Source: Bdellovibrionales bacterium (GTDB taxonomy: Bacteria; Bdellovibrionota; Bdellovibrionia; Bdellovibrionales; UBA1609). Taken from it: 64,000 nucleotides of DNA. The number at the start of each line of letters is the position of its first letter. The first letter of the stretch is position 1. Where the stretch lies: positions 21,171 to 85,170 of the forward strand of contig JAYQON010000002.1 in the NCBI GenBank assembly GCA_038144835.1. The letters are read 5' to 3'. The notes below the pieces were generated by a model, which was not told where the DNA came from, ran no database searches, and saw only the letters and a program-made list of their open reading frames with translations. The translations under genes were made by a program, and so were the position numbers. Shown piece by piece: positions 56,894-64,000 of the stretch.

Positions 56894-57828
56894 GAGACCG
56901 TTTCTCCGCGTGTGATGGCCATCATCCGTTGTAAAGAGTGGCGGGCTTTTTCGATCAACACCGGCGGAAGGGCAATCTCTGGGGTCAATTTTTCTAAATT
57001 TATCTCCATCTTCTCTAATGTGTTGAGTTTCATGTAGGGACATTGGTTACAAGCGCAAGAGCCTTGAGCTGGTGCCTCAAGCAGAAAGGCATCGGGACGA
57101 GCTTTTTGCATTTGATGTAAAATTCCTGGCTCGGTAGCAACTATAAATTTTCGGTAATGAGTGTTGCTCACTTCCGCCAGTAGACGTGACGTTGAGCCAA
57201 TCACATCCGCATAGGCGAGAACATTTTCATCGCACTCAGGATGAGCGAGTACGAGTGCATCGGGATGTTCAGTCTTCAATTCAAAAAGTTTGCGCGCTGA
57301 AAAAAGGATATGAACTTCGCATGCTCCTGGCCACAGTTGCATATCGCGATTCAATTTTTTGCTAAGGTAACGGCCAAGATTGCGGTCAGGGCCAAAAAGA
57401 ATTTTACGATCTTCAGGAATGGCCTGAATAATTTTCTCAGCATTGCTCGAGGTCACACAAACGTCCGAGATCGATTTTACCTCAGCTGAGCTGTTGACGT
57501 AGCTGACGCAGATGGCTTCGGGATATTGCCTGCGCCATTCGAGATATTGCAAATAAGGTGAATGATCTACAAGCGAACAGCCAGCATTGATGTCAGGAAC
57601 AAGAACTATTTTTTCAGGAGAAAGGATTTTAGCAGACTCGCCCATGAAGACAACGCCCGCTAACAGAATGATGGGTTTTGTGGTTTGCTCCCCCAATTGA
57701 GCTAGAGCCAAGCTGTCGCCAACATGATCCGCCAGATCTTGAATTTGACCGTCCTCGTAATAATGAGCCAGGATCAGAGCGTTTCGTTCTTTTTTAAGTT
57801 TGATTATTCGATCTCGCAGGTTGAGCAT
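56869..57828 (-). CDS. nadA: quinolinate synthase
   Basis: 319 aa, NadA-like throughout (ILAHYY, VGDSLALA, VFMGESAKIL, CSLV, YVNSSAEVK, HPEC, CNQCPYMK). Confidence 0.95.
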   Translation of the reverse strand: MLNLRDRIIKLKKERNALILAHYYEDGQIQDLADHVGDSLALAQLGEQTTKPIILLAGVVFMGESAKILSPEKIVLVPDINAGCSLVDHSPYLQYLEWRRQYPEAICVSYVNSSAEVKSISDVCVTSSNAEKIIQAIPEDRKILFGPDRNLGRYLSKKLNRDMQLWPGACEVHILFSARKLFELKTEHPDALVLAHPECDENVLAYADVIGSTSRLLAEVSNTHYRKFIVATEPGILHQMQKARPDAFLLEAPAQGSCACNQCPYMKLNTLEKMEINLEKLTPEIALPPVLIEKARHSLQRMMAITRGETVSWPKIFNG

Positions 57829-57917
57829 GCAGCGAAGGATAGCAGCTACCGATCACCCTGGGCAGGGGGGTGCACAAAAAAACGGCAATTACTTTGAAAA
57901 GGCATGGACGTTGAGGC

Positions 57918-58508
57918 TTAAAGCTCGCCGCCTTTTAGGACATTGATTATAGCTTTAGATACGGTTCGCAGACTTTCAAAAACACCTTTACCTTCAGAGG
58001 CAGTACCTTCGAAATCAACAGAATTGTATTTATTCAAAGCTGTGCGCAGTTCTGCCACAGATAGGGCGTTGGGCAGATCGCGTTTATTGTATTGAATAAC
58101 GAGAGGGATATCCCGAATGTCGTAGCCTTGCTGCTCGAGGTTCTTTTTCAGGTTTTCCATCGACTGTAGATTTTCTTCCATCCGCTCAGCTTGTGAGTCA
58201 GCCACAAAAACGACTCCATCAAGACCCTTTAATATCAGCTTGCGGGAAGCATCATAAACAACTTGTCCAGGTACCGTGTAGAGATGGAACCTAGTTTTGA
58301 AGCCGCGGATATCGCCAACATTTAAGGGAAGAAAATCAAAAAACAGAGTGCGTTCGGCATCACCCGGCAAACTGAACAGCTCAGACTTCTCTGGTGAAGC
58401 TGTTTGTTGGTAAACCCATTGGAGATTGGTGGTTTTACCGCCAAGTGATGGACCGTAGTAAACGATCTTGCAGTGAATCTCCTTGGCATTGTAATTAATG
58501 AATGACAT
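57918..58508 (-). CDS. mglA: Ras-like polarity/motility GTPase MglA
   Basis: Collinear with Myxococcus MglA as I recall it: MSFINY..KIVYYGPSLGGKTTN, RTLFFDFLP, RFHLYTVPGQV.YDASRKLILKG.DGVVFVADSQ, QYNKRDLPNA. Confidence 0.95.
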   Translation of the reverse strand: MSFINYNAKEIHCKIVYYGPSLGGKTTNLQWVYQQTASPEKSELFSLPGDAERTLFFDFLPLNVGDIRGFKTRFHLYTVPGQVVYDASRKLILKGLDGVVFVADSQAERMEENLQSMENLKKNLEQQGYDIRDIPLVIQYNKRDLPNALSVAELRTALNKYNSVDFEGTASEGKGVFESLRTVSKAIINVLKGGEL

Positions 58509-58512
58509 TTAA

Positions 58513-59130
58513 TTAAACCTGCACCCGATTCTCAATAGCTCGTCCAAGTGTTCTATAATCAATATAATCAATATCGCCGCCGATGGGAACACCGTGAGCG
58601 ATACGGGATGTCTTGATCTTCATGTCTTTTAGGATTTTTGCCAAGTAAAGAACGGTTGTATCACCTTCTAGATCGGCATCGAGGGCTAAAATAACCTCGG
58701 TGACTTCAGAAATGCCGTCTGAATTTGGGGTTAAACGATCCAGAAGTGCCTGAATTTTGAGATCTTGTGGGCTCACCCCGTCCAAGGGCGAGATGGCCCC
58801 ATGCAAAACATGATAGCGACCGCGAAACACCCCTGAAGATTCAATACGTTCAATATCGGCAGGATCCTCGACCACACAGATAGATTCACTAGAACGCATG
58901 GGGTCTTTACAGAAGTGGCAGCAGTCGTCTTCTTCGGTGAAAGCAAAACAGCTCGGGCATTCTTGAATTTTTTCTTTGACCGCTTTCAAAGCATCTCGCA
59001 AAGCCTGCACATACTCGTTTGGCGAACGTAGGAGATGGTAAGCGAGACGCTGAGCCGTCTTAGGGCCGATTCCTGGAAGACGGCTGAGCTCATGCACCAG
59101 CTGATTGAGAGAAGGAATTTTTTGTAGCAT
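58513..59130 (-). CDS. recR: recombination protein RecR
   Basis: LPGIGPKTAQRLA helix-hairpin-helix, a C4 zinc finger (CPSC...CHFC), and a Toprim domain. Confidence 0.95.
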   Translation of the reverse strand: MLQKIPSLNQLVHELSRLPGIGPKTAQRLAYHLLRSPNEYVQALRDALKAVKEKIQECPSCFAFTEEDDCCHFCKDPMRSSESICVVEDPADIERIESSGVFRGRYHVLHGAISPLDGVSPQDLKIQALLDRLTPNSDGISEVTEVILALDADLEGDTTVLYLAKILKDMKIKTSRIAHGVPIGGDIDYIDYRTLGRAIENRVQV

Positions 59131-59143
59131 TGTTCAAAGACAA

Positions 59144-59470
59144 TTAAAACATTCCCGGAAGCGAAAAGCCACCGGTGATCTTTGCCATTTCTTGATCAGA
59201 CGTGGTCTTTGCAATACGGATAGCCTCATTGACAGCCCCCGCCACCAGGTCTTGCAGCATATCTTTGTCGCCTGACGAGAGAACATCCGACTGGATATCC
59301 ACCGACTTCACTTTGTAATCACCCGTGACAATCACTTTTACCGCGCCGCCGCCAGAGGTTCCTTCAAATTCACGGGCCGCAAGCTCTTCTTGGGCTTTTT
59401 TCATGCGCGATTGCATTTGGTTCGCCTGTCTCATGAGAGCTTGCATACCGCCGCCACCAAAACCTTTCAT
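59144..59470 (-). CDS. ybaB: nucleoid-associated protein YbaB/EbfC
   Basis: 108 aa. MQALMRQANQMQSRMKKAQEEL and GGGAVKV.TGD patterns. Conserved dnaX-ybaB-recR position. Confidence 0.9.
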   Translation of the reverse strand: MKGFGGGGMQALMRQANQMQSRMKKAQEELAAREFEGTSGGGAVKVIVTGDYKVKSVDIQSDVLSSGDKDMLQDLVAGAVNEAIRIAKTTSDQEMAKITGGFSLPGMF

Positions 59471-61089
59471 GGTTTAATCTCCTTGATCGATTTGATTTCT
59501 GATTTAAACACACTCTGAGCCGACTGCACCAATGGGTGCGCCTCAACGGTTTTGCGGAGGTTTTGACGGCCTTCTTCTTCCATTTTCTGTGTGAGCGCTT
59601 TAGGTGTCACTGTTTCACCCGATGGATCACCCAAAATAATATACAGAATATGGCCTGGACCCCAAAAGCTATTGATGTAGTTGATCACTTTTTTCTTGAA
59701 GTCAGGCTGGTTAATTTTATCAAATAAAAATTTGTGCTTAAAAGACACACCAAGGGTCAGATTTTTTTCTTCTAGTTTGAGAACGAAGCAATTTTCCAAC
59801 TGAGCCCCGATCAACCCATTAATGGCTTTTATGCGTTCCACAAGATCGCGATAGCGGTGCTCTAACGGGTCAGTCGGAGATGGGAAATCCTGACTTTTGG
59901 CAGAAGCCGTGTCTTCAGGGGAATTGTTTGCCTGGTTGAATGTTCGGGTTTTGGCGGGCTGCACTTGAAGCTGTCCATTGGTGAAGGAGCTGATCCGGGG
60001 TGCGGCACTCATTCTTAGTAAGACCATTTCAAGGACGATTAAGGGATCAGAAGCTCGAATCAGGTCTTGAGCGCCTTTCAATCCCATATCAAAAAGTAGG
60101 TGTAAGTCTTCTTGTGTGAGACCGGAGGCAGCTTGAGAGAGAGCTTCCTTTTCTGAGTCCGGTAAATCTACGAGTGCTGAATTATCGCTAATTTTTAATA
60201 TCAAGCTATTGCGGATTTGCTCCATGAGATCGAGCAGAAGAAGCTTTGGATCATTGCCACTTTGGTGTAAGCGAGTGAGTGCTTCCATCACGGCGCTGGT
60301 ATTTGCTCCCATTATACCTTGAATCAGATCGATTAAAAGTTTTCGGTCAGTAAGGCCGAGAGTTTCAACAACCAACTCACGTCGTAAGTCACCATCAGTA
60401 AAATTGATCACTTGATCCAACAGGCTTTGCGCGTCGCGCATCGAGCCATCACCTTGGCGAGCTATGGTCCACAATGCCTCGTGCTCAAATTTAACTTGCT
60501 CGCGTTCGCAAATGGTTTGCAAATGTTGGGTGATCACGCGGGTGGGAATACGGCGAAAGTCAAAGCGCTGGCAGCGGGACAAAATCGTATCTGGAATCTT
60601 ATGCACTTCTGTTGTTGCCATTACAAAGTAGACGTGGGCTGGTGGTTCCTCGAGCGTTTTTAACAAGGCGTTGAATGCGCTTGTAGAGAGCATATGAACT
60701 TCATCAATAATGTAAATTTTGAACTGACCAGAGGAAGGCAAGTAACCAACCGTATCGCGAAGTTCGCGGATTGCATCGACGCCGTTGTTGCTGGCCCCGT
60801 CAATTTCAATGACATCGAGAGAACGGCCAGCAGAGATCTCTTCACATTCCGTACAATGGTTGCAAGGGATAAAATCCTTGGCGTTTGGACAGCGTAAAGA
60901 TTTAGCCAATATGCGGGCGGATGAAGTTTTACCAGTTCCACGTGGTCCGGTGAAAAGTAATACCGGATGCAGCCGCTGATTTTTTAGTGCATTGATCAAG
61001 GTGGTGCGCACATGGTCCTGGCCGACCAAACCGCCGAAATCTTGCGGTCTCCACCGCCGGGCGATGACTTCGTAGGACACCTGCGACAC
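59467..61089 (-). CDS. dnaX: DNA polymerase III subunit tau/gamma
   Basis: YRPQDFGGLVGQ, Walker A GPRGTGKTS, zinc module CNHCTEC, DEVHMLS, and SRC. GTG start. Confidence 0.95.
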   Translation of the reverse strand: MSQVSYEVIARRWRPQDFGGLVGQDHVRTTLINALKNQRLHPVLLFTGPRGTGKTSSARILAKSLRCPNAKDFIPCNHCTECEEISAGRSLDVIEIDGASNNGVDAIRELRDTVGYLPSSGQFKIYIIDEVHMLSTSAFNALLKTLEEPPAHVYFVMATTEVHKIPDTILSRCQRFDFRRIPTRVITQHLQTICEREQVKFEHEALWTIARQGDGSMRDAQSLLDQVINFTDGDLRRELVVETLGLTDRKLLIDLIQGIMGANTSAVMEALTRLHQSGNDPKLLLLDLMEQIRNSLILKISDNSALVDLPDSEKEALSQAASGLTQEDLHLLFDMGLKGAQDLIRASDPLIVLEMVLLRMSAAPRISSFTNGQLQVQPAKTRTFNQANNSPEDTASAKSQDFPSPTDPLEHRYRDLVERIKAINGLIGAQLENCFVLKLEEKNLTLGVSFKHKFLFDKINQPDFKKKVINYINSFWGPGHILYIILGDPSGETVTPKALTQKMEEEGRQNLRKTVEAHPLVQSAQSVFKSEIKSIKEIKP

Positions 61090-61110
61090 CTCTTAATGAA
61101 AGGCTCAATC

Positions 61111-61213
61111 AAAAAGCGACCGGGCACTCCGTATCACACAGAACCCCTACTACCGTTGCTTCCTTCCGGACCTGGCGGGATTCGTAAGAATCGCTGTTGT
61201 ACGGGACCCGGCC
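61111..61213 (-). ncRNA. ffs: signal recognition particle RNA (small/4.5S type)
   Basis: The reverse strand reads GGCCGGGUCCCGUA...CCGCCAGGUCCGGAAGGAAGCAACGG...UACGGAGUGCCCGGUCGCUUUUU. This contains the domain IV GGAA tetraloop motif, 5'/3' ends that pair, and a U-tail. It lies 22 nt upstream of dnaX, a conserved position. Confidence 0.8.
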
Positions 61214-61323
61214 ATAATATGGTTACATCCCATGGGGATGGCCGTGATTTGTTTTTGCGAATGCGGCGCTTCTAGTCAAGATGGGTTTTATACATGAGCC
61301 GCATAACGCATCGCCTCTATTTT

Positions 61324-62313
61324 TCAGACTAAGCGATACGCAAGACTTTCAAGTTGTCGAAGCTCTTCAAACCAATAGGTTTCAGAACCAAAATCAGGAA
61401 AAATCTGCGGAAAACTGGGGTCTTGCCAACGTTTGGCGATCCAGGCGGCGTAGTGAATGATACGCAACCCACGTAAAGGTTCCATGAGGTGTAGCTGGTC
61501 TTCTTCAAATTCTCTAAGCTCTGTGTAACCATTCAGAAAAGCATCAATTTCTTCGTTAAAGTCGTCTTCATCGTGTCGAAACAACATCCAGAAGTCCTGA
61601 ACCGGCAAGCCCATCCCAAAATCATCGAAATCTATTAGAAAGAACTCCTTGGGCTTTCCGGGTTCGTCGGTTTGTAAAACATTGCCCCGATGGCAATCAC
61701 CGTGAATCCTCTGAAACTTACGCGGATCCATCTCCTTTTCTAAAAATTCAAGAATAGTCTGGGCGGCCGATTTATAGCGTTCACGCAAATAGGGAGTTAC
61801 CAGTGGAATAATTGTTTTGAGTGCGGGTTGACCTATGTTTTGGGCATCAATGATAGGCCTATGGCGAGATGGCTTAAGGGCGCCGACATTATGTAAGCGG
61901 GCGAGAACTCGTCCCAGCTGGGTTAGCTCATCGAGTTGAAATTCTTGTGGCATTCGGCCTCGGGCCTTAGGAAAGACAGCGCACCAAAGTCCGCCATGTA
62001 ACGACAGTGTGCTGCCAGCTTTTTGCTTTAGTGGAGCGACCACGTTGACACCGGCCATAAGGCAATCTTCCAAAAAAATATGCTCTTCACGAATCGCCGA
62101 TTCGCTCCAACGCTGAGGACGGTAAAATTTAACAATAATCTGGGTATTTTTTGGGGTCTCCACCCGCACGCTGTACACTCGGTTTTCGTAGGAGTTGAGC
62201 TGCAGGTACTCGCCGGTGGTTCGCCACCCACAGCGCTCGACAGCGTTCAAAACAAAATCAGGGGTCAACTGATAAAAAAGGTCGGATTTCTGAGCCATTG
62301 AACTCCGTTCCAT
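61324..62313 (-). CDS. srkA: stress-response Ser/Thr kinase SrkA/YihE (APH-fold)
   Basis: ENRVY, catalytic HGDCHRGNVL, and IDFDD motifs. About 325 aa. Confidence 0.8.
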   Translation of the reverse strand: MERSSMAQKSDLFYQLTPDFVLNAVERCGWRTTGEYLQLNSYENRVYSVRVETPKNTQIIVKFYRPQRWSESAIREEHIFLEDCLMAGVNVVAPLKQKAGSTLSLHGGLWCAVFPKARGRMPQEFQLDELTQLGRVLARLHNVGALKPSRHRPIIDAQNIGQPALKTIIPLVTPYLRERYKSAAQTILEFLEKEMDPRKFQRIHGDCHRGNVLQTDEPGKPKEFFLIDFDDFGMGLPVQDFWMLFRHDEDDFNEEIDAFLNGYTELREFEEDQLHLMEPLRGLRIIHYAAWIAKRWQDPSFPQIFPDFGSETYWFEELRQLESLAYRLV

Positions 62314-62334
62314 TGCTCCCCTATACTAGCGAAC

Positions 62335-63084
62335 GTGAAAGAGATCATCCAATTTGAAGGTTTCCAACTCGAAATTTGGCGCCGCCCTAGGCAGCGCAGT
62401 ATGCGATTAACAGTGCGCTCGGAAAATGATTTGCGGGTGACGTGTAATTGCAGCTGCCCAAAACGTCATATATTGGCATTTGTTAGATCATCACGCGATT
62501 TTATCAAAAAGCGCGTGCATGAATTGAACCAGCAGCGCTTGCGACATCCGACAAAACGCTATCTCACGGGAGAGACTCTACTGTTCATGGGAGAGCCTCT
62601 CCGGGTGCAAGTGATTTGGACATGGATGTCCGTAATCCAAGTGGGTATCGATAAGGGAGATTTTGAAATCAAGGCCCCAATAAGCTCAAAAGAAGAAGAT
62701 CGAGCCCAAGCGGTACACAATTTTTATCGTCGCCAAGCCCAAAAGCATCTAAAGGCACGTCTTCTTTATTGGAGCCAGCGCACAGGGTTGAGCCCTGTTG
62801 GATTGTCGATCAGAGGGCAAAAAACAAGATGGGGCAGTTGCTCAGGGTCGGGCGAAATCAGCCTCAATTGGAAGCTCTTAGCTGCGCCACCAGAGGTGAT
62901 TGATTACGTGATTGTTCACGAACTGGCCCATCTCAAACATATGAACCACTCGCCCAGCTTCTGGCGTCTTGTGGAACAATGGGTTCCCAATTTCAAAAAA
63001 TATCGTTCTCAGTTGCGTGCAATGGAAGCCGAAATCACTGTTCAATTTGCAAAAGGGGGTCCTTCACGCTCGGGTTTCGTCTAA
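62335..63084 (+). CDS. ygjP: YgjP-like metal-dependent hydrolase (DUF45/M48-like)
   Basis: KTRWGSCS and VIVHELAHLKHMNHS motifs. GTG start. Confidence 0.8.
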   Translation: MKEIIQFEGFQLEIWRRPRQRSMRLTVRSENDLRVTCNCSCPKRHILAFVRSSRDFIKKRVHELNQQRLRHPTKRYLTGETLLFMGEPLRVQVIWTWMSVIQVGIDKGDFEIKAPISSKEEDRAQAVHNFYRRQAQKHLKARLLYWSQRTGLSPVGLSIRGQKTRWGSCSGSGEISLNWKLLAAPPEVIDYVIVHELAHLKHMNHSPSFWRLVEQWVPNFKKYRSQLRAMEAEITVQFAKGGPSRSGFV

Positions 63085-63237
63085 CCTTGTGTCTAACCGA
63101 TGGATGAGACAAAAACTGTCCATCAGCTGTAATTTATTCCAGCGCTAAAGAAGATAAACTGATATAGATTATTTTGGCATGGTCCAAGGCTTGCTACTCG
63201 GTTAGAGTGGTGCGTGTAAACCTCGTAGGGAGTTCAG

Positions 63238-63699
63238 TTGAACTACGTGAAGGCGATTTTGTTCATGTTATTCACTCTTTTTGCGCTTCTTTGCGTGGGT
63301 TATGCTCATTCTCAGACAACCGTAGATTCCATTCCCGGCGGGTTTTACGAAACCGATCACCTTTTTTCGGCCAACTGCAGTTTAATGGTTGATTTCGAAG
63401 GAGCGGAGGTCAAATTTCGCATTCCTATCCATTCGTCTTTGGTTTTTAAAGGTTTTTGGCCATCTTCTCCCGGTCAAGTTACAATGAATGCTTGGCGTTC
63501 GGAGACGGCTCAGTCAACTCTTCAATCGGGTTACAATTTCAAAATACCAACGCCGGATGAAACTCTCAGTGTACGCTTTGCTCTGGTCAATGGGGCGCTT
63601 CATCCAGTGAGTTACTCTTTTGAAGATCTCAGGCTCAAAAGTATGTCTGCAGGGCATACCGCTGAAAAAAAATGTATAGGCCTTAAAAAAATTCGTTAG
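63238..63699 (+). CDS. exported hypothetical protein
   Basis: 153 aa. Signal ILFMLFTLFALLCVGYAHS. Confidence 0.45.
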   Translation: MNYVKAILFMLFTLFALLCVGYAHSQTTVDSIPGGFYETDHLFSANCSLMVDFEGAEVKFRIPIHSSLVFKGFWPSSPGQVTMNAWRSETAQSTLQSGYNFKIPTPDETLSVRFALVNGALHPVSYSFEDLRLKSMSAGHTAEKKCIGLKKIR

Positions 63700-63750
63700 T
63701 CTCGCGTTTGCAAAACTGAATGTATGTGACTTCGTTCTGAGCGGTTCTCT

Positions 63751-64000
63751 TTACTTCACGGAATTGTCGGGTCCTACCATAATTAACTGTGGTTTATGTG
63801 TAAAAGCTTCCTCCTGATCGAACTCAGCATAGGCTGCAATAATGACCAAATCGCCAGCATGAACCTTACGCGCGGCTGCTCCATTCAGGCAGACTTCACC
63901 CTCTTTTCCGTAAATTACATACGTGGCGAACCGCTCACCGTTGTTACAATTATATATTTCGACGCGTTCAAAGGGTAATAAACGAGCGGCTTCGCAAAGC
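63751..64000 (-). CDS. panD: aspartate 1-decarboxylase, C-terminal part (5' end beyond the right edge)
   Basis: My own reverse-strand translation reads ...LCEAARLLPFERVEIYNCNNGERFATYVIYGKEGEVCLNGAAARKVHAGDLVIIAAYAEFDQEEAFTHKPQLIMVGPDNSVK* with the stop at 63753-63751. This is PanD-like. It is absent from the ORF track because it has no start in the window. Confidence 0.85.
   Translation of the reverse strand, partial: LCEAARLLPFERVEIYNCNNGERFATYVIYGKEGEVCLNGAAARKVHAGDLVIIAAYAEFDQEEAFTHKPQLIMVGPDNSVK

Noticed and set aside
56894-57043. Track start (57043) for the PPTase ORF, giving 232 aa.
   Set aside because: It would overlap nadA by 175 nt, and the extra N-terminal residues are His/Arg/Asp-rich with no homology. 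The internal ATG at 56893 is preferred.
57829-57917. Possible NAD+ (nadA-motif) riboswitch in the 89-nt leader between mglA and nadA. It has a C-rich/G-rich hairpin, CACCC...GGGTG.
   Set aside because: The leader is too short for the tandem-domain nadA motif, and I cannot match the conserved CAACA/CCCC-type bulge nucleotides. A covariance-model search (Rfam RF03013) would settle it.
63796-63978. 60-aa plus-strand ORF near the right edge.
   Set aside because: It is antisense to a clear PanD C-terminal coding sequence on the minus strand.
1-64000. Scan for CRISPR arrays, IS elements, integrases, toxin-antitoxin pairs, retrons or other defence-island hallmarks.
   Set aside because: I found none by eye. 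There are no spaced repeat arrays, no DDE/tyrosine-recombinase-like ORFs and no reverse-transcriptase motifs. The window looks like core chromosome.

Overview
This is a densely coding chromosomal segment with about 70 genes on both strands. It reads as core genome, not an accessory island. I saw no rRNA, CRISPR array, transposase, integrase or phage genes. All calls come from reading the translated ORFs and raw sequence by eye and recalling motifs. No database search was run, so family names are motif-level calls. The gene content suggests a Bdellovibrio-like predatory bacterium (Bdellovibrionota): an MglA GTPase with Ser21 and no MglB, many small signal-peptide proteins, secreted HExxH proteases, many TPR proteins, MotAB and Tol. 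Recognisable blocks from left to right are: proBA; dus; mtgA plus an SDR epimerase; a cNMP-binding protein with motAB; tolQ-tolR-tolA-tolB with glnE overlapping the tolB stop; an Rrf2 regulator with sufBCDS-nfu; a secreted metalloprotease; ftsE-ftsX, an EnvC-like gene and ctp, convergent with an rlpA-like gene; tig; a five-gene overlap-coupled operon (two Get3/ArsA-like ATPases, a TPR protein, a CysZ/EI24-like protein and a GshA-type ligase); pepA; clpP-clpX-lon; an atypical ClpA-like double AAA+ protein divergent from a TPR-wHTH regulator; tRNA-Val; a TMTC-like TPR membrane protein; a YqjD/YqjE-like pair; a PilZ protein with a second TPR-wHTH regulator; a PPTase and nadA; ffs(SRP RNA)-dnaX-ybaB-recR-mglA; srkA; ygjP; and a partial panD at the right edge. 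The best candidates for undescribed biology are: (1) the Get3/ArsA-like pair, whose two members have lost different catalytic motifs and which is coupled to thiol/sulfur genes; (2) the ClpA-like ATPase, which has a signal-peptide-like N-terminus, a novel N-domain and no D2 GYVG pore loop; and (3) mglA sitting in the dnaX-recR operon.
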